Below, one piece after another: positions 57,253 through 64,000 of a DNA stretch of 64,000 bases. The notes under the pieces were generated by a model. That model did no database searches. It was not told the DNA's origin and saw only the letters and a program-made list of their open reading frames with translations. The first letter of the stretch is position 1; each line of letters opens with the position of its first letter. A program made the position numbers and the translations under genes. The DNA comes from Pilimelia sp. (GTDB lineage: Bacteria > Actinomycetota > Actinomycetes > Mycobacteriales > Micromonosporaceae): the NCBI GenBank assembly GCA_035634075.1, contig DASQDS010000794.1, forward strand, positions 6,717 to 70,716, read 5' to 3'.

Positions 57253-57688
57253 CTACGGAGCATGCGCCGGGCGTGATCGCGCCAGCACGACCTTCTTGAG
57301 GGAGTGAAAGTGTCGGCTCCTTTTCGAGGGGCTTCCCGCTCCCCAGTACGGGGGGATGATCTTCATGCCGTGGTGAGGCCGAGTTGAAAGCCGCTTTTGG
57401 CTAGGCCACCAGATCGGGTGGCCCGCTCCGCGGGTCGATCGGCAGCCGACGGCGTTGGCGGCCCCGCAGGCTCTACAGTCGGTGATGACGCCGTTCGGCT
57501 TGGTGTAGCCCGTGCTGTAGCTGTCTGATGTGGTCAGCCCGATGGAATGACCCAGCCGTCAATGTAGTTCGTCCCGGCGTCGACCAGCCATGCCGCGAAG
57601 CCCTTCGGGGCCGCGGACGCCCCTCAGTCTGGACGAGGAGCAGCACCGGGATCGCGGTGGCCAGAAGGGCACGTACGGGTCGACGTCA
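57253..57688 (-). pseudogene. Frameshifted remnant of a secreted-protein gene
   Basis: Reading the minus strand from the ATG at 57688, the coding-like signal hops between frames. It runs MTSTR.. to (V)RALLATAIPVLLLVQTE, then GASAAPKGFAAWLVDAGTNYIDGWVIPSG*, then LTTSDSYSTGYTKPNGVITDCRACGAANAVGC.... At least three frame changes are needed. I recognise no family. Confidence 0.35.
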
Positions 57689-57707
57689 TGAGAACTCCAT
57701 GCTCGGG

Positions 57708-57723
57708 ATGTTTGCGCAAACAT
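57708..57723. promoter_or_regulatory. Perfect 16-bp palindrome ATGTTTGCGCAAACAT (LacI-family-type operator candidate)
   Basis: It is exactly self-complementary. It lies about 20 nt upstream of the ATG of the decayed minus-strand gene. A 15/16 copy occurs at 63955-63970. Confidence 0.5.
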
Positions 57724-57879
57724 GCGTGCCGGCGGGGGGGACGACATCCATCTTGCTGAATGATTGCGCGGGGGTTGCGCCCATGTCAAGGCTGGAGTGC
57801 CGACCATCTTCAATGTCTTACCTGAAGGGCATCGTTTGCGTCGGACGTCGCAGGAGACGCGCATCGCGAGCCCTCCGAC

Positions 57880-58262
57880 ACGTTGCGCCACGCGCCGCTG
57901 GCCCGCTGCCTCGATCCTGCGGCCCACCCCGCCGAGAAGATCCGCCACCCCGCCGCTGGTGACCGTGACCCGTTGGAGATCGAGGTGTGCCGGTGTGGTT
58001 CCCGTGGGTGCGGCGCGCGCAGGCCGGTCTCGCGGCGCTCGCCCCTCCGACCCACCCCCGTGCCGGTTCAGCGGCACGCCTCCAACACCGGCGTGGTCAT
58101 GGTCGTCGGACAGAAGGCGGCCCCGGCCGACACCACGCCGACAAGACCGCCACGATCGACGCCACCGAAACCGCCCTGACCATCCACGGCGACGACGGCC
58201 TCCAAACCGTCCGACGCACCAGCCACCAGCCGGTCCGTAACCTGAGAGCCAGCCGACGCCGC
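57880..58262 (+). mobile_element. Frameshifted C-terminal fragment of an integrase-core (IS481-like) transposase
   Basis: The pieces NTGVVMVVGQK and, in the next frame, GRHHADKTATIDATETALTIHGDDGLQTVRRTSHQPVRNLRASRRRK match the conserved C-terminal tail I recall for actinobacterial IS481-like transposases (R.VS..G.v.V..Q...G..hAG..V.v.v.....i....G....V.R......R). No catalytic DDE region or terminal inverted repeats were seen. Confidence 0.4.
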
Positions 58263-58292
58263 AAGGTCAGGAACAAGGCAAGGAGCCCATCG

Positions 58293-58670
58293 ATGATCAT
58301 GTTGGCTGACATCCGAAGCTACGCGACCGCGCTACCGGACGTCGTGGAGAGACCACACTTTCGGCTGCCCGGTTTCCGGGTGGCCGACAAACTCCTCGCT
58401 CACCTGGAAAGGGGCGACGCTCACGCGATTGTGTGTGTCGGGCAGGAGGAGGCCAAGATGGCGGCCGCGCATGAGCCGGAAATCTACCAGGAGGTGTGGC
58501 GGAACGGGCGAATCTTCGTCGGACTCCGCGTCGACCTGGCCACCGTCACCAAGAAGCGTATGCAGGAGCTGATCGAGCATGCCTGGCGCAATCGTGCGCC
58601 GAAGCGCCTGGTCGCCGAGTACGACAGCCGGGCTACCATCGGACCCTCCACCCGTCCGACCGACGGCTGA
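58293..58670 (+). CDS. MmcQ/YjbR-family protein
   Basis: The ATG at 58293 follows AAGGAG. IRSYATALPDVVERPHFRLPGFRVADKLLAHL is the typical MmcQ/YjbR start. The ORF-track N-terminal extension is the transposase fragment. Confidence 0.8.
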   Translation: MIMLADIRSYATALPDVVERPHFRLPGFRVADKLLAHLERGDAHAIVCVGQEEAKMAAAHEPEIYQEVWRNGRIFVGLRVDLATVTKKRMQELIEHAWRNRAPKRLVAEYDSRATIGPSTRPTDG

Positions 58671-58688
58671 CGGCTGACGGCTGACGGC
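58662..58688. repeat. Heptanucleotide tandem repeat (GACGGCT) x about 3.9 straddling the MmcQ/YjbR stop codon
   Basis: Direct reading: gacggct gacggct gacggct gacggc. Confidence 0.9.
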
Positions 58689-58774
58689 ACCGCGAAGTTC
58701 TCCCAGCGGGCACTGGCCTTCACCCCGTTACCCAGACCGGCGAGCAAGACCGCCGGCGCATGTCCTCGGCCGCT

Positions 58775-59194
58775 TCACCGGACCGTAGGCGTGGGCTCCG
58801 AACACTGAACGAAGGTCAGCCCGGGTGCGGCGATCGGCCCAGTGCAGGTCCGGCGGTTGACTACCTGCACGCCGAACCTGTCCTGCCGTGAATCGTGGGT
58901 TAGCTCCACGCGGCCGTCAGCGCCGGCGATGTAGGTGTCAGAAACCGGGTCGCCTTCCACCGTTGGTCTAACGGTCCTCAACTGAGCGGGACGCCCGGAC
59001 CGCACGGCCCCCACCAGACACCGACCAGCGGATTCGGCAACCTGTCGCCCGGCCCCAGGTTGAATGTCCCGCAGTCCGTGACGACAACCGGAGACTTTCG
59101 GCCGTCCGGTCGCGGTCGCCTGCGGCAACGTGGCCGGCCCGCCGCATGCCGCCAGCGTCGACCATGCCAGTACCGAGCCGAGGACTCGCCTCAT
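58775..59194 (-). CDS. Hypothetical lipoprotein (139 aa)
   Basis: ATG at 59194 after GGAAGG. The signal ends in the lipobox LAAC. The upstream ORF-track extension was rejected. Confidence 0.65.
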   Translation of the reverse strand: MRRVLGSVLAWSTLAACGGPATLPQATATGRPKVSGCRHGLRDIQPGAGRQVAESAGRCLVGAVRSGRPAQLRTVRPTVEGDPVSDTYIAGADGRVELTHDSRQDRFGVQVVNRRTCTGPIAAPGLTFVQCSEPTPTVR

Positions 59195-59248
59195 TTCGAC
59201 ACCTTCCTGGGCACAAGTCGTCTGCGGCTTCGACGGAGCGGTGCGTCT

Positions 59249-59512
59249 GTGCGTTCCCTGCTCGATCTGGTCACCAGCGTCGCCAGCATCACCGCCCGCA
59301 GCCTCACCCCCGACGCGCACCTGCGCGCCCGCCGGTCCCAACTCGACGGCGGCCAACACCGGTGGGTGTGGCTCGCCCTGCACCGAGCGACGAATCCAGA
59401 CCCGGTCGCCGCGGTCACCGACACGATCGACGCGGCGCGCTACGCCGCCGGCCCGCACGCCGCGAACCTTGTCGCCGACGCGCAGGCGCGGGCCGCCGAG
59501 CCGGCCCCATGA
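59249..59512 (+). CDS. Possible small ORF or gene remnant (87 aa)
   Basis: GTG-initiated with very high third-position GC throughout (VRSLLDLVTSVASITARSL...AARYAAGPHAANLVADAQARAAEPAP*). No RBS and no recognisable family. Confidence 0.3.
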   Translation: MRSLLDLVTSVASITARSLTPDAHLRARRSQLDGGQHRWVWLALHRATNPDPVAAVTDTIDAARYAAGPHAANLVADAQARAAEPAP

Positions 59513-59665
59513 TCGCCCGCGGTGGGGATGCCCGCTAACCGTCGGTCGAGCCGCTCATCGCGCAGGATCGACCGCGACGTGGAGGAGGCGCCCAGCCCGG
59601 TTTCGGCCGCGTCTTGTCTTGCGTCGGCGTGCTTGAGTGCGTCGCGCGAAGGAAGGGCTTGACCC

Positions 59666-59678
59666 TGACGCAGCGTCA
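59666..59678. promoter_or_regulatory. 13-bp palindrome TGACGC-A-GCGTCA nested in TTGAC/GTCAA repeats, upstream of the drrAB-merR operon
   Basis: The sequence is cTTGACccTGACGCaGCGTCAAc. The co-transcribed MerR-family regulator is a candidate binder. Confidence 0.35.
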
Positions 59679-59685
59679 ACCCACC

Positions 59686-60495
59686 ATGCTGGCGGGCATG
59701 AGCACTCCAGCGTCAACCGATCGGGCCGACCATGCCGCGATACACGTGCGAGGCCTGCAGAAGTCGTTCAGACAGGTGAAAGTGCTGGGCGGTGTGGACA
59801 TCGACGTGGCACGAGGAAGTATCTTCGCCCTGCTCGGCTCGAACGGGGCGGGCAAGACCACGCTCGTGAAGATCCTGTCCACCCTGCTCAAGGCCGACGG
59901 CGGCAGCGCGGAGGTCAACGGCTTCGACGTCGCGGCGCAGGCCGCCGACGTCCGTGAGTCGATCAGCCTCACCGGTCAGTTCGCGGCGGTCGACGAGATC
60001 CTCACGGGGCGGGAGAACCTCATCCTGGTCGCCCGGCTGCGGCACCTCAAGGACGTGGGCACGATCGCGGACGACCTCCTGCGGCGCTTCTCGCTGACCG
60101 AGGCGGGCGCCCGGCGGGTGGCGACGTACTCCGGGGGCATGCGCCGCCGCCTCGACATCGCGATGAGCCTGATCGGAGATCCGCCGGTCATCTTCCTCGA
60201 CGAGCCGACCACCGGGCTGGACCCGGAGGCGCGCCTCGAGGTCTGGCGGGCCGTCAAGGAACTGACCGCGGGCGGCACGACCGTGCTGCTCACCACGCAG
60301 TACCTCGACGAGGCGGAGCAGCTCGCTGACCGCATCGCGATCCTGCATGAGGGCCGGATCCTCGTTGACGGCACCCTCGAGGAGCTGAAGCGGCTGCTGC
60401 CTCCCGCCACGGTCGAGTACGTCGAGAAGCAGCCCACCCTCGAGGACGTCTTCCTCAGCCTGGTCGGCGCCGCGGTGAAGGGAGAACAGCGATGA
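59686..60495 (+). CDS. ABC transporter ATP-binding protein (DrrA/ABC-2 subfamily)
   Basis: Walker A GSNGAGKTT, signature YSGGMRRRLDIA and Walker B VIFLDEPTTGLD. The start is uncertain (TTG 59659, ATG 59686 or ATG 59698). Confidence 0.9.
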   Translation: MLAGMSTPASTDRADHAAIHVRGLQKSFRQVKVLGGVDIDVARGSIFALLGSNGAGKTTLVKILSTLLKADGGSAEVNGFDVAAQAADVRESISLTGQFAAVDEILTGRENLILVARLRHLKDVGTIADDLLRRFSLTEAGARRVATYSGGMRRRLDIAMSLIGDPPVIFLDEPTTGLDPEARLEVWRAVKELTAGGTTVLLTTQYLDEAEQLADRIAILHEGRILVDGTLEELKRLLPPATVEYVEKQPTLEDVFLSLVGAAVKGEQR

Positions 60496-61253
60496 ACAAG
60501 CACCTTCTCGGCGACACCGCCGTCTTGCTGGGCCGTTCGCTGCGCCACATCGCCCGCAGTCCCGACACCATCATCACCACGGTGGTCACGCCGATCGCCA
60601 TGCTGCTGTTGTTCGTGTACGTCCTCGGCGGCGCGATCCAGGCCGGGACCGGCTCGTACGTGAACTACCTGCTCCCCGGCGTCCTGATCATCACGATCGC
60701 CTCGGGCATCTCCTACACCGCCTACCGACTCTTTCTGGACCTCCAGGGCGGCATCTTCGAGCGGTTCCGGTCCATGCCGATCGCGCGGGCCGCCGTGCTG
60801 TGGGCGCACGTCCTGACCTCGCTGGTCGCCAACCTGATCTCGCTCGTGGTGGTCCTGCTTGTCGCCTTGGTGATGGGCTTCCGGTCGGGGGCGGGCGTGC
60901 TGGGATGGCTGGCGGTTGCCGGCATCCTGGTCCTGTTCACCCTGGCGCTGACCTGGCTCGCGGTCATCCCCGGCCTCACCGCGAGTTCCGTGGACGGCGC
61001 TAGCGCGTTCGCCTACCCGCTGATCTTCCTGCCGTTCATCAGCTCGGCCTTCGTGCCCACCGCCTCCATGCCGGGTCCGGTGCGCGCCTTCGCCGAGAAC
61101 CAGCCGGTCACCGCCATCGTCAACACCCTCCGGGCATTGCTCACCGAGCAGCCGGTCGGCTCTGGCATCTGGACCGCCCTCGCCTGGTGCGTCGGCCTCC
61201 TCGTCGTCGCCGTCGCCTTGGCGGGCATCACCTACCGCCGCCGCATCGGCTGA
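60492..61253 (+). CDS. ABC-2 type transporter permease (DrrB-like)
   Basis: Six predicted TM helices. ATGA overlap with the ATPase gene. Confidence 0.9.
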   Translation: MNKHLLGDTAVLLGRSLRHIARSPDTIITTVVTPIAMLLLFVYVLGGAIQAGTGSYVNYLLPGVLIITIASGISYTAYRLFLDLQGGIFERFRSMPIARAAVLWAHVLTSLVANLISLVVVLLVALVMGFRSGAGVLGWLAVAGILVLFTLALTWLAVIPGLTASSVDGASAFAYPLIFLPFISSAFVPTASMPGPVRAFAENQPVTAIVNTLRALLTEQPVGSGIWTALAWCVGLLVVAVALAGITYRRRIG

Positions 61254-61267
61254 GCGAGGATCAAACC

Positions 61268-62032
61268 ATGCTCACGATCGGGCAACTGGCTGCGTACGCC
61301 GGCGTCACGGTCCGTACCGTGCGGCACTATCACCAGATCGGGTTGCTGCCCGAGCCGGAACGCAACGCCTCGGGCTATCGGAAGTACGGCGCGCCGGCCG
61401 TCGTGTCGCTGATCAAGATCCGCACCCTCGCCAACGCCGGCGTGCCGCTGTCGCAAATCGGCCAGCTGCTCGAGGCCGATCCCGCGACCTTCGCCGAGGC
61501 GGTGGAACGCATCGACACCCACCTGCGTGACGAGATCGACCGGCTGGAGACCAGCCGCAAGCAGATCGCGCAGCTCGCCGCCGGTGACAATGTGGCACTC
61601 CCGCCGGAGTTGGTCGCCTACCTCGACCGGCTCCGGGAGATCGGCACGTCCGAGCGGATGCTGGCGGGTGAGCGGGACGGGTGGATTCTCTTGACGGCCC
61701 GCTGGCCAACCAAGGTCCTCGAATGGTTGCCCTACAAGATGGCGCAGCTCGACAACCCGCGGGTCGTCCGGCTCTATCAAGTGCTGTCGGAGCTCATGGA
61801 GACGGTCGGGACCGACGACAAACGCGTGGTCGAGGCGGTCGACATCATGGTGGAGCTGGCGGAGCAGGCCGAGGCCGCCGGCGAACTCGGCCTCGACGAG
61901 GCCGGGCCGGACGATACGTCGGTCGGCCTGCTGGACGATCTCGCCGACGTGGCTGACGAGCGGGCCGAGCGGATGCGCGAACTGATGCGCGAACGCGGCT
62001 GGGACGGTTGGACCAGGATGCAGCGGCTATAG
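61268..62032 (+). CDS. MerR-family transcriptional regulator
   Basis: MLTIGQLAAYAGVTVRTVRHYHQIGLLPEPERNASGYRKYG is the canonical MerR HTH. A long C-terminal effector domain follows. Confidence 0.9.
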   Translation: MLTIGQLAAYAGVTVRTVRHYHQIGLLPEPERNASGYRKYGAPAVVSLIKIRTLANAGVPLSQIGQLLEADPATFAEAVERIDTHLRDEIDRLETSRKQIAQLAAGDNVALPPELVAYLDRLREIGTSERMLAGERDGWILLTARWPTKVLEWLPYKMAQLDNPRVVRLYQVLSELMETVGTDDKRVVEAVDIMVELAEQAEAAGELGLDEAGPDDTSVGLLDDLADVADERAERMRELMRERGWDGWTRMQRL

Positions 62033-62100
62033 CCGACTCGGCGGCGGCTGTGTCCGGCTCACGGCGTCGTGCTGGCTCGCGCCTTCATCCGTGGTCGGCC

Positions 62101-62679
62101 TCATCGGGTGTCGGCGATCTGGGTGATGAGCAAGCCGAGTCGTTCCTCCTGTCCGTCCGGGGGGATGCGGCCGCTGCGGGACAGGGTGGCGATGCCGTGC
62201 AGCGCGCTCCAGAGAACTTCGGCAAATAGTTCGCGACGCTCGTTGTCCGGGCGGAAGCAGCTGACGAACTCGCCGAAAGCGGCACGTAGCGGGGGTGGTG
62301 TCTCGGCGCTCGCGAACTTCAAGTTCGTGGGTAGGACGAACATGGCCTCGTACAGGACAGGGCGCTCGGTCGCGAAATCCAGATAGGCCCGGCAGACGGC
62401 GCGCAGGGCGTGCGCCGGCCCCGGGGCGGCCTGCCGCGCGCGACGCAGGTGGGCGGCGAGTTCGCTGATGCCATCGAGGGCGACGGCGCTCACGATGGCG
62501 TCCTTGCCGTCGAAGTGGCTGTACAGCACCGGCTGGCTGTACTCGACGCGTTCAGCCAACCGTCGCGTCGTCACCGCCTCCCAGCCTTCGGCCTCCGCGA
62601 GGTCGCGTGCGGCCGTGATGATCAGCTGATGACGACGGGCGCGTTCCCGTTCACGGCGCTCGCTGATGGCGGACATCAC
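62101..62679 (-). CDS. TetR/AcrR-family transcriptional regulator
   Basis: The HTH region is IITAARDLAEAEGWEAVTTRRLAERVEYSQPVLYSHFDGKDAI. Confidence 0.9.
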   Translation of the reverse strand: MMSAISERRERERARRHQLIITAARDLAEAEGWEAVTTRRLAERVEYSQPVLYSHFDGKDAIVSAVALDGISELAAHLRRARQAAPGPAHALRAVCRAYLDFATERPVLYEAMFVLPTNLKFASAETPPPLRAAFGEFVSCFRPDNERRELFAEVLWSALHGIATLSRSGRIPPDGQEERLGLLITQIADTR

Positions 62680-62685
62680 TCCACC

Positions 62686-62749
62686 CTAGCAACGCTAGAC
62701 ATCCTGCCGAAGACAGGTCTATCGTCGCTACAAATTCTAGCCCCGCTAG
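62686..62749. promoter_or_regulatory. Two copies of the 13-bp palindrome CTAGC-N3-GCTAG (62686-62698 and 62737-62749) in the TetR/DUF4267 divergent promoter region
   Basis: Direct reading gives ctagcaacgctag and ctagccccgctag, 51 bp apart centre to centre. This fits tandem TetR operators. Confidence 0.45.
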
Positions 62750-62789
62750 GGAACCGCTCCTGGCGCAGTCGTACAGGGGGAAGCCGCCC

Positions 62790-63167
62790 ATGCTCACCAC
62801 CGTCGCCAATGTGCTCGCCGGACTGATCGGCGCAGGCATCATCTTCATCGGCGTAAACGCCTTCCGGGCGCCGCACGCCGCGGCCGGCTTCGGCATCCCC
62901 GACACGCCGACCGAGGACCGAGCCTTCCAGGCCTGGCTGACCGTCAAGGCTGTGCGCGACATCGCCTCGGGACTCTTCATCTTCATCCTGTTGGCTGGCG
63001 CGACACCCCACCTGCTGGGCTGGTTCATGCTGGCAGCCGCCGGCATACCCGCCGGCGACGCACTGATCGTATTGCGTAGCAACGGGCCCAAGAGGATCGC
63101 TTACGGCATCCACGGGGCCACCGCCGTGGTGATGCTGGCGATCAGCGTGGTTTTGCTCGTCGCATAA
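62790..63167 (+). CDS. DUF4267-like four-TM membrane protein
   Basis: Four hydrophobic helices with FRAPHAAAGFGIP and KAVRDIASG motifs. Confidence 0.8.
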   Translation: MLTTVANVLAGLIGAGIIFIGVNAFRAPHAAAGFGIPDTPTEDRAFQAWLTVKAVRDIASGLFIFILLAGATPHLLGWFMLAAAGIPAGDALIVLRSNGPKRIAYGIHGATAVVMLAISVVLLVA

Positions 63168-63196
63168 CCGCTCGCAGCCGGAAGGAGCCACTACTC

Positions 63197-63664
63197 ATGC
63201 TCAGCTTCGAGATTTTCCCGATAGGTGCGGTCCGGAACGAGCGGACGGATGTCCAGCACACGGACAACTGGGGTGCCGTCCCCAGCACGATCACCATCGA
63301 CAAGCGCTTCGGGGAGGAGTGCCTGCGGGGCCTGGAGGGCTTCTCCCACGTGGAAGTCCTCTTCATCTTCGATCAACTTCCGGAACACGGCGATTACCGC
63401 GAACCCCGTCCCTACCGCGGCCGCGCCGACCTCCCGCCCGTTGGCGTATTCGCCGGCCGCGGCCCCCGCAGACCAAATCGCATCGGAGTAACGTGCTGCG
63501 CCATCGAATCCGTCCACGGCCGAGAATTGACGGTCATGGGCCTCGACGCGGTCTCGGGCACCCTCATCATCGACCTTAAGCCGACGATGTCGGAGTTCCT
63601 CCCGGTGGACGTCAAGCAGCCAGAGTGGGTCAGCCGCCTGATGTCGCAGTACTTTCAGCCGTAA
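63197..63664 (+). CDS. TrmO/TsaA (YaeB)-family SAM-dependent methyltransferase
   Basis: FPIGAVRNER...GLEGFSHVEVLFIFD...RPNRIGVT...GLDAVSGTLIIDLKP are the family hallmarks. Confidence 0.88.
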   Translation: MLSFEIFPIGAVRNERTDVQHTDNWGAVPSTITIDKRFGEECLRGLEGFSHVEVLFIFDQLPEHGDYREPRPYRGRADLPPVGVFAGRGPRRPNRIGVTCCAIESVHGRELTVMGLDAVSGTLIIDLKPTMSEFLPVDVKQPEWVSRLMSQYFQP

Positions 63665-63954
63665 GCGCAGATGTGGGGCGGAGCTCCCGCTGTGTGGGGC
63701 ATGGGCTTTGTTGGGATGGCGGTAATGCCGAGTCTTTGACGATGGAGTTGACTCCCGACCGCTCGGCGAGCGTTGCCACGGGCACCAACGCCGGACCGGT
63801 CAGGTCGTGTTGGCGAACAGCCGCCAGCCCTGCGCGCTGGGGTCGACGCGGGTGGCGGCGCTGCGGGGAAGGCGCGGACCGGGGCCCGAGCTCGGCATCG
63901 CCGCACCTCTTCGGTTGACCCGGACAGTGGTCGCTGTCACTATAGCGGGTGACG

Positions 63955-63970
63955 ATGTTTGCGTAAACAT
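63955..63970. promoter_or_regulatory. Second copy (15/16) of the ATGTTTGCGCAAACAT palindrome
   Basis: ATGTTTGCGTAAACAT has one central mismatch. It sits at the window edge, presumably upstream of a gene outside the window. Confidence 0.45.
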
Positions 63971-64000
63971 TGCCCAGCGGCTGCCCGCCGCAGTCGGTTC

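Noticed and set aside
57987-58292. 227-aa ORF-track protein 57987-58670 as a single gene
   Set aside because: It is a chimera. The first about 100 codons are a transposase-tail fragment. The real MmcQ/YjbR gene starts at ATG 58293 behind AAGGAG.

Overview
High-GC actinobacterial chromosomal segment, gene-dense, with about 60 supportable coding regions on both strands and no rRNA, tRNA or CRISPR that I could recognise. All calls rest on motif reading by eye and no searches were run.

**Left to right:**
- The 5' part of narH and a complete narG (respiratory nitrate reductase).
- An uncharacterised two-gene cassette at about 4.5-8.9 kb, followed by a strong hairpin and a decapitated S1-protease remnant.
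- A secreted repeat protein and a Tat-lipoprotein MBL hydrolase.
- A hybrid histidine kinase whose N-terminus looks like an ethylene-receptor (ETR1-type) Cu/ethylene-binding domain, next to a PP2C/STAS/RsbW partner-switching set.
- A fatty-acid desaturase, then VOC, TPR and hypothetical genes.
- A large GH5-Fn3-CBM glycosidase.
- An OmpR/HK pair divergent from a lipoprotein, a PG-binding HlyD-like adaptor and a MacB-type ABC export operon.
- TetR, DUF5317, GNAT and a degenerate HNH protein.
- The bacterial RNA-repair operon hen1-pnkp.
- Two small secreted Cys proteins, then TetR/FadD, a GH43 arabinanase and melC1-melC2 tyrosinase.
- PadR-ABC-FtsX, an alcohol dehydrogenase and a lower-GC kinase-like gene.
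- SRPBCC, an ECF sigma/anti-sigma pair and a second lower-GC GH5.
- A decayed patch with a frameshifted secreted-protein gene and a transposase C-terminal fragment.
- MmcQ/YjbR, drrAB-like ABC plus MerR, TetR/DUF4267 and a TrmO-family gene.

**Best candidate for a novel system:** the 4495-8869 cassette. It pairs a membrane-anchored protein carrying a possible PD-(D/E)xK-like motif with an 822-aa protein. The 822-aa protein has a Ser/Thr-rich alternating-polarity segment and a C-terminal type II secretion GspG-like globular domain without a prepilin N-terminus.

Several gene remnants, tandem duplications at gene 3' ends and repeated operator-like palindromes mark the window as plastic, accessory DNA.
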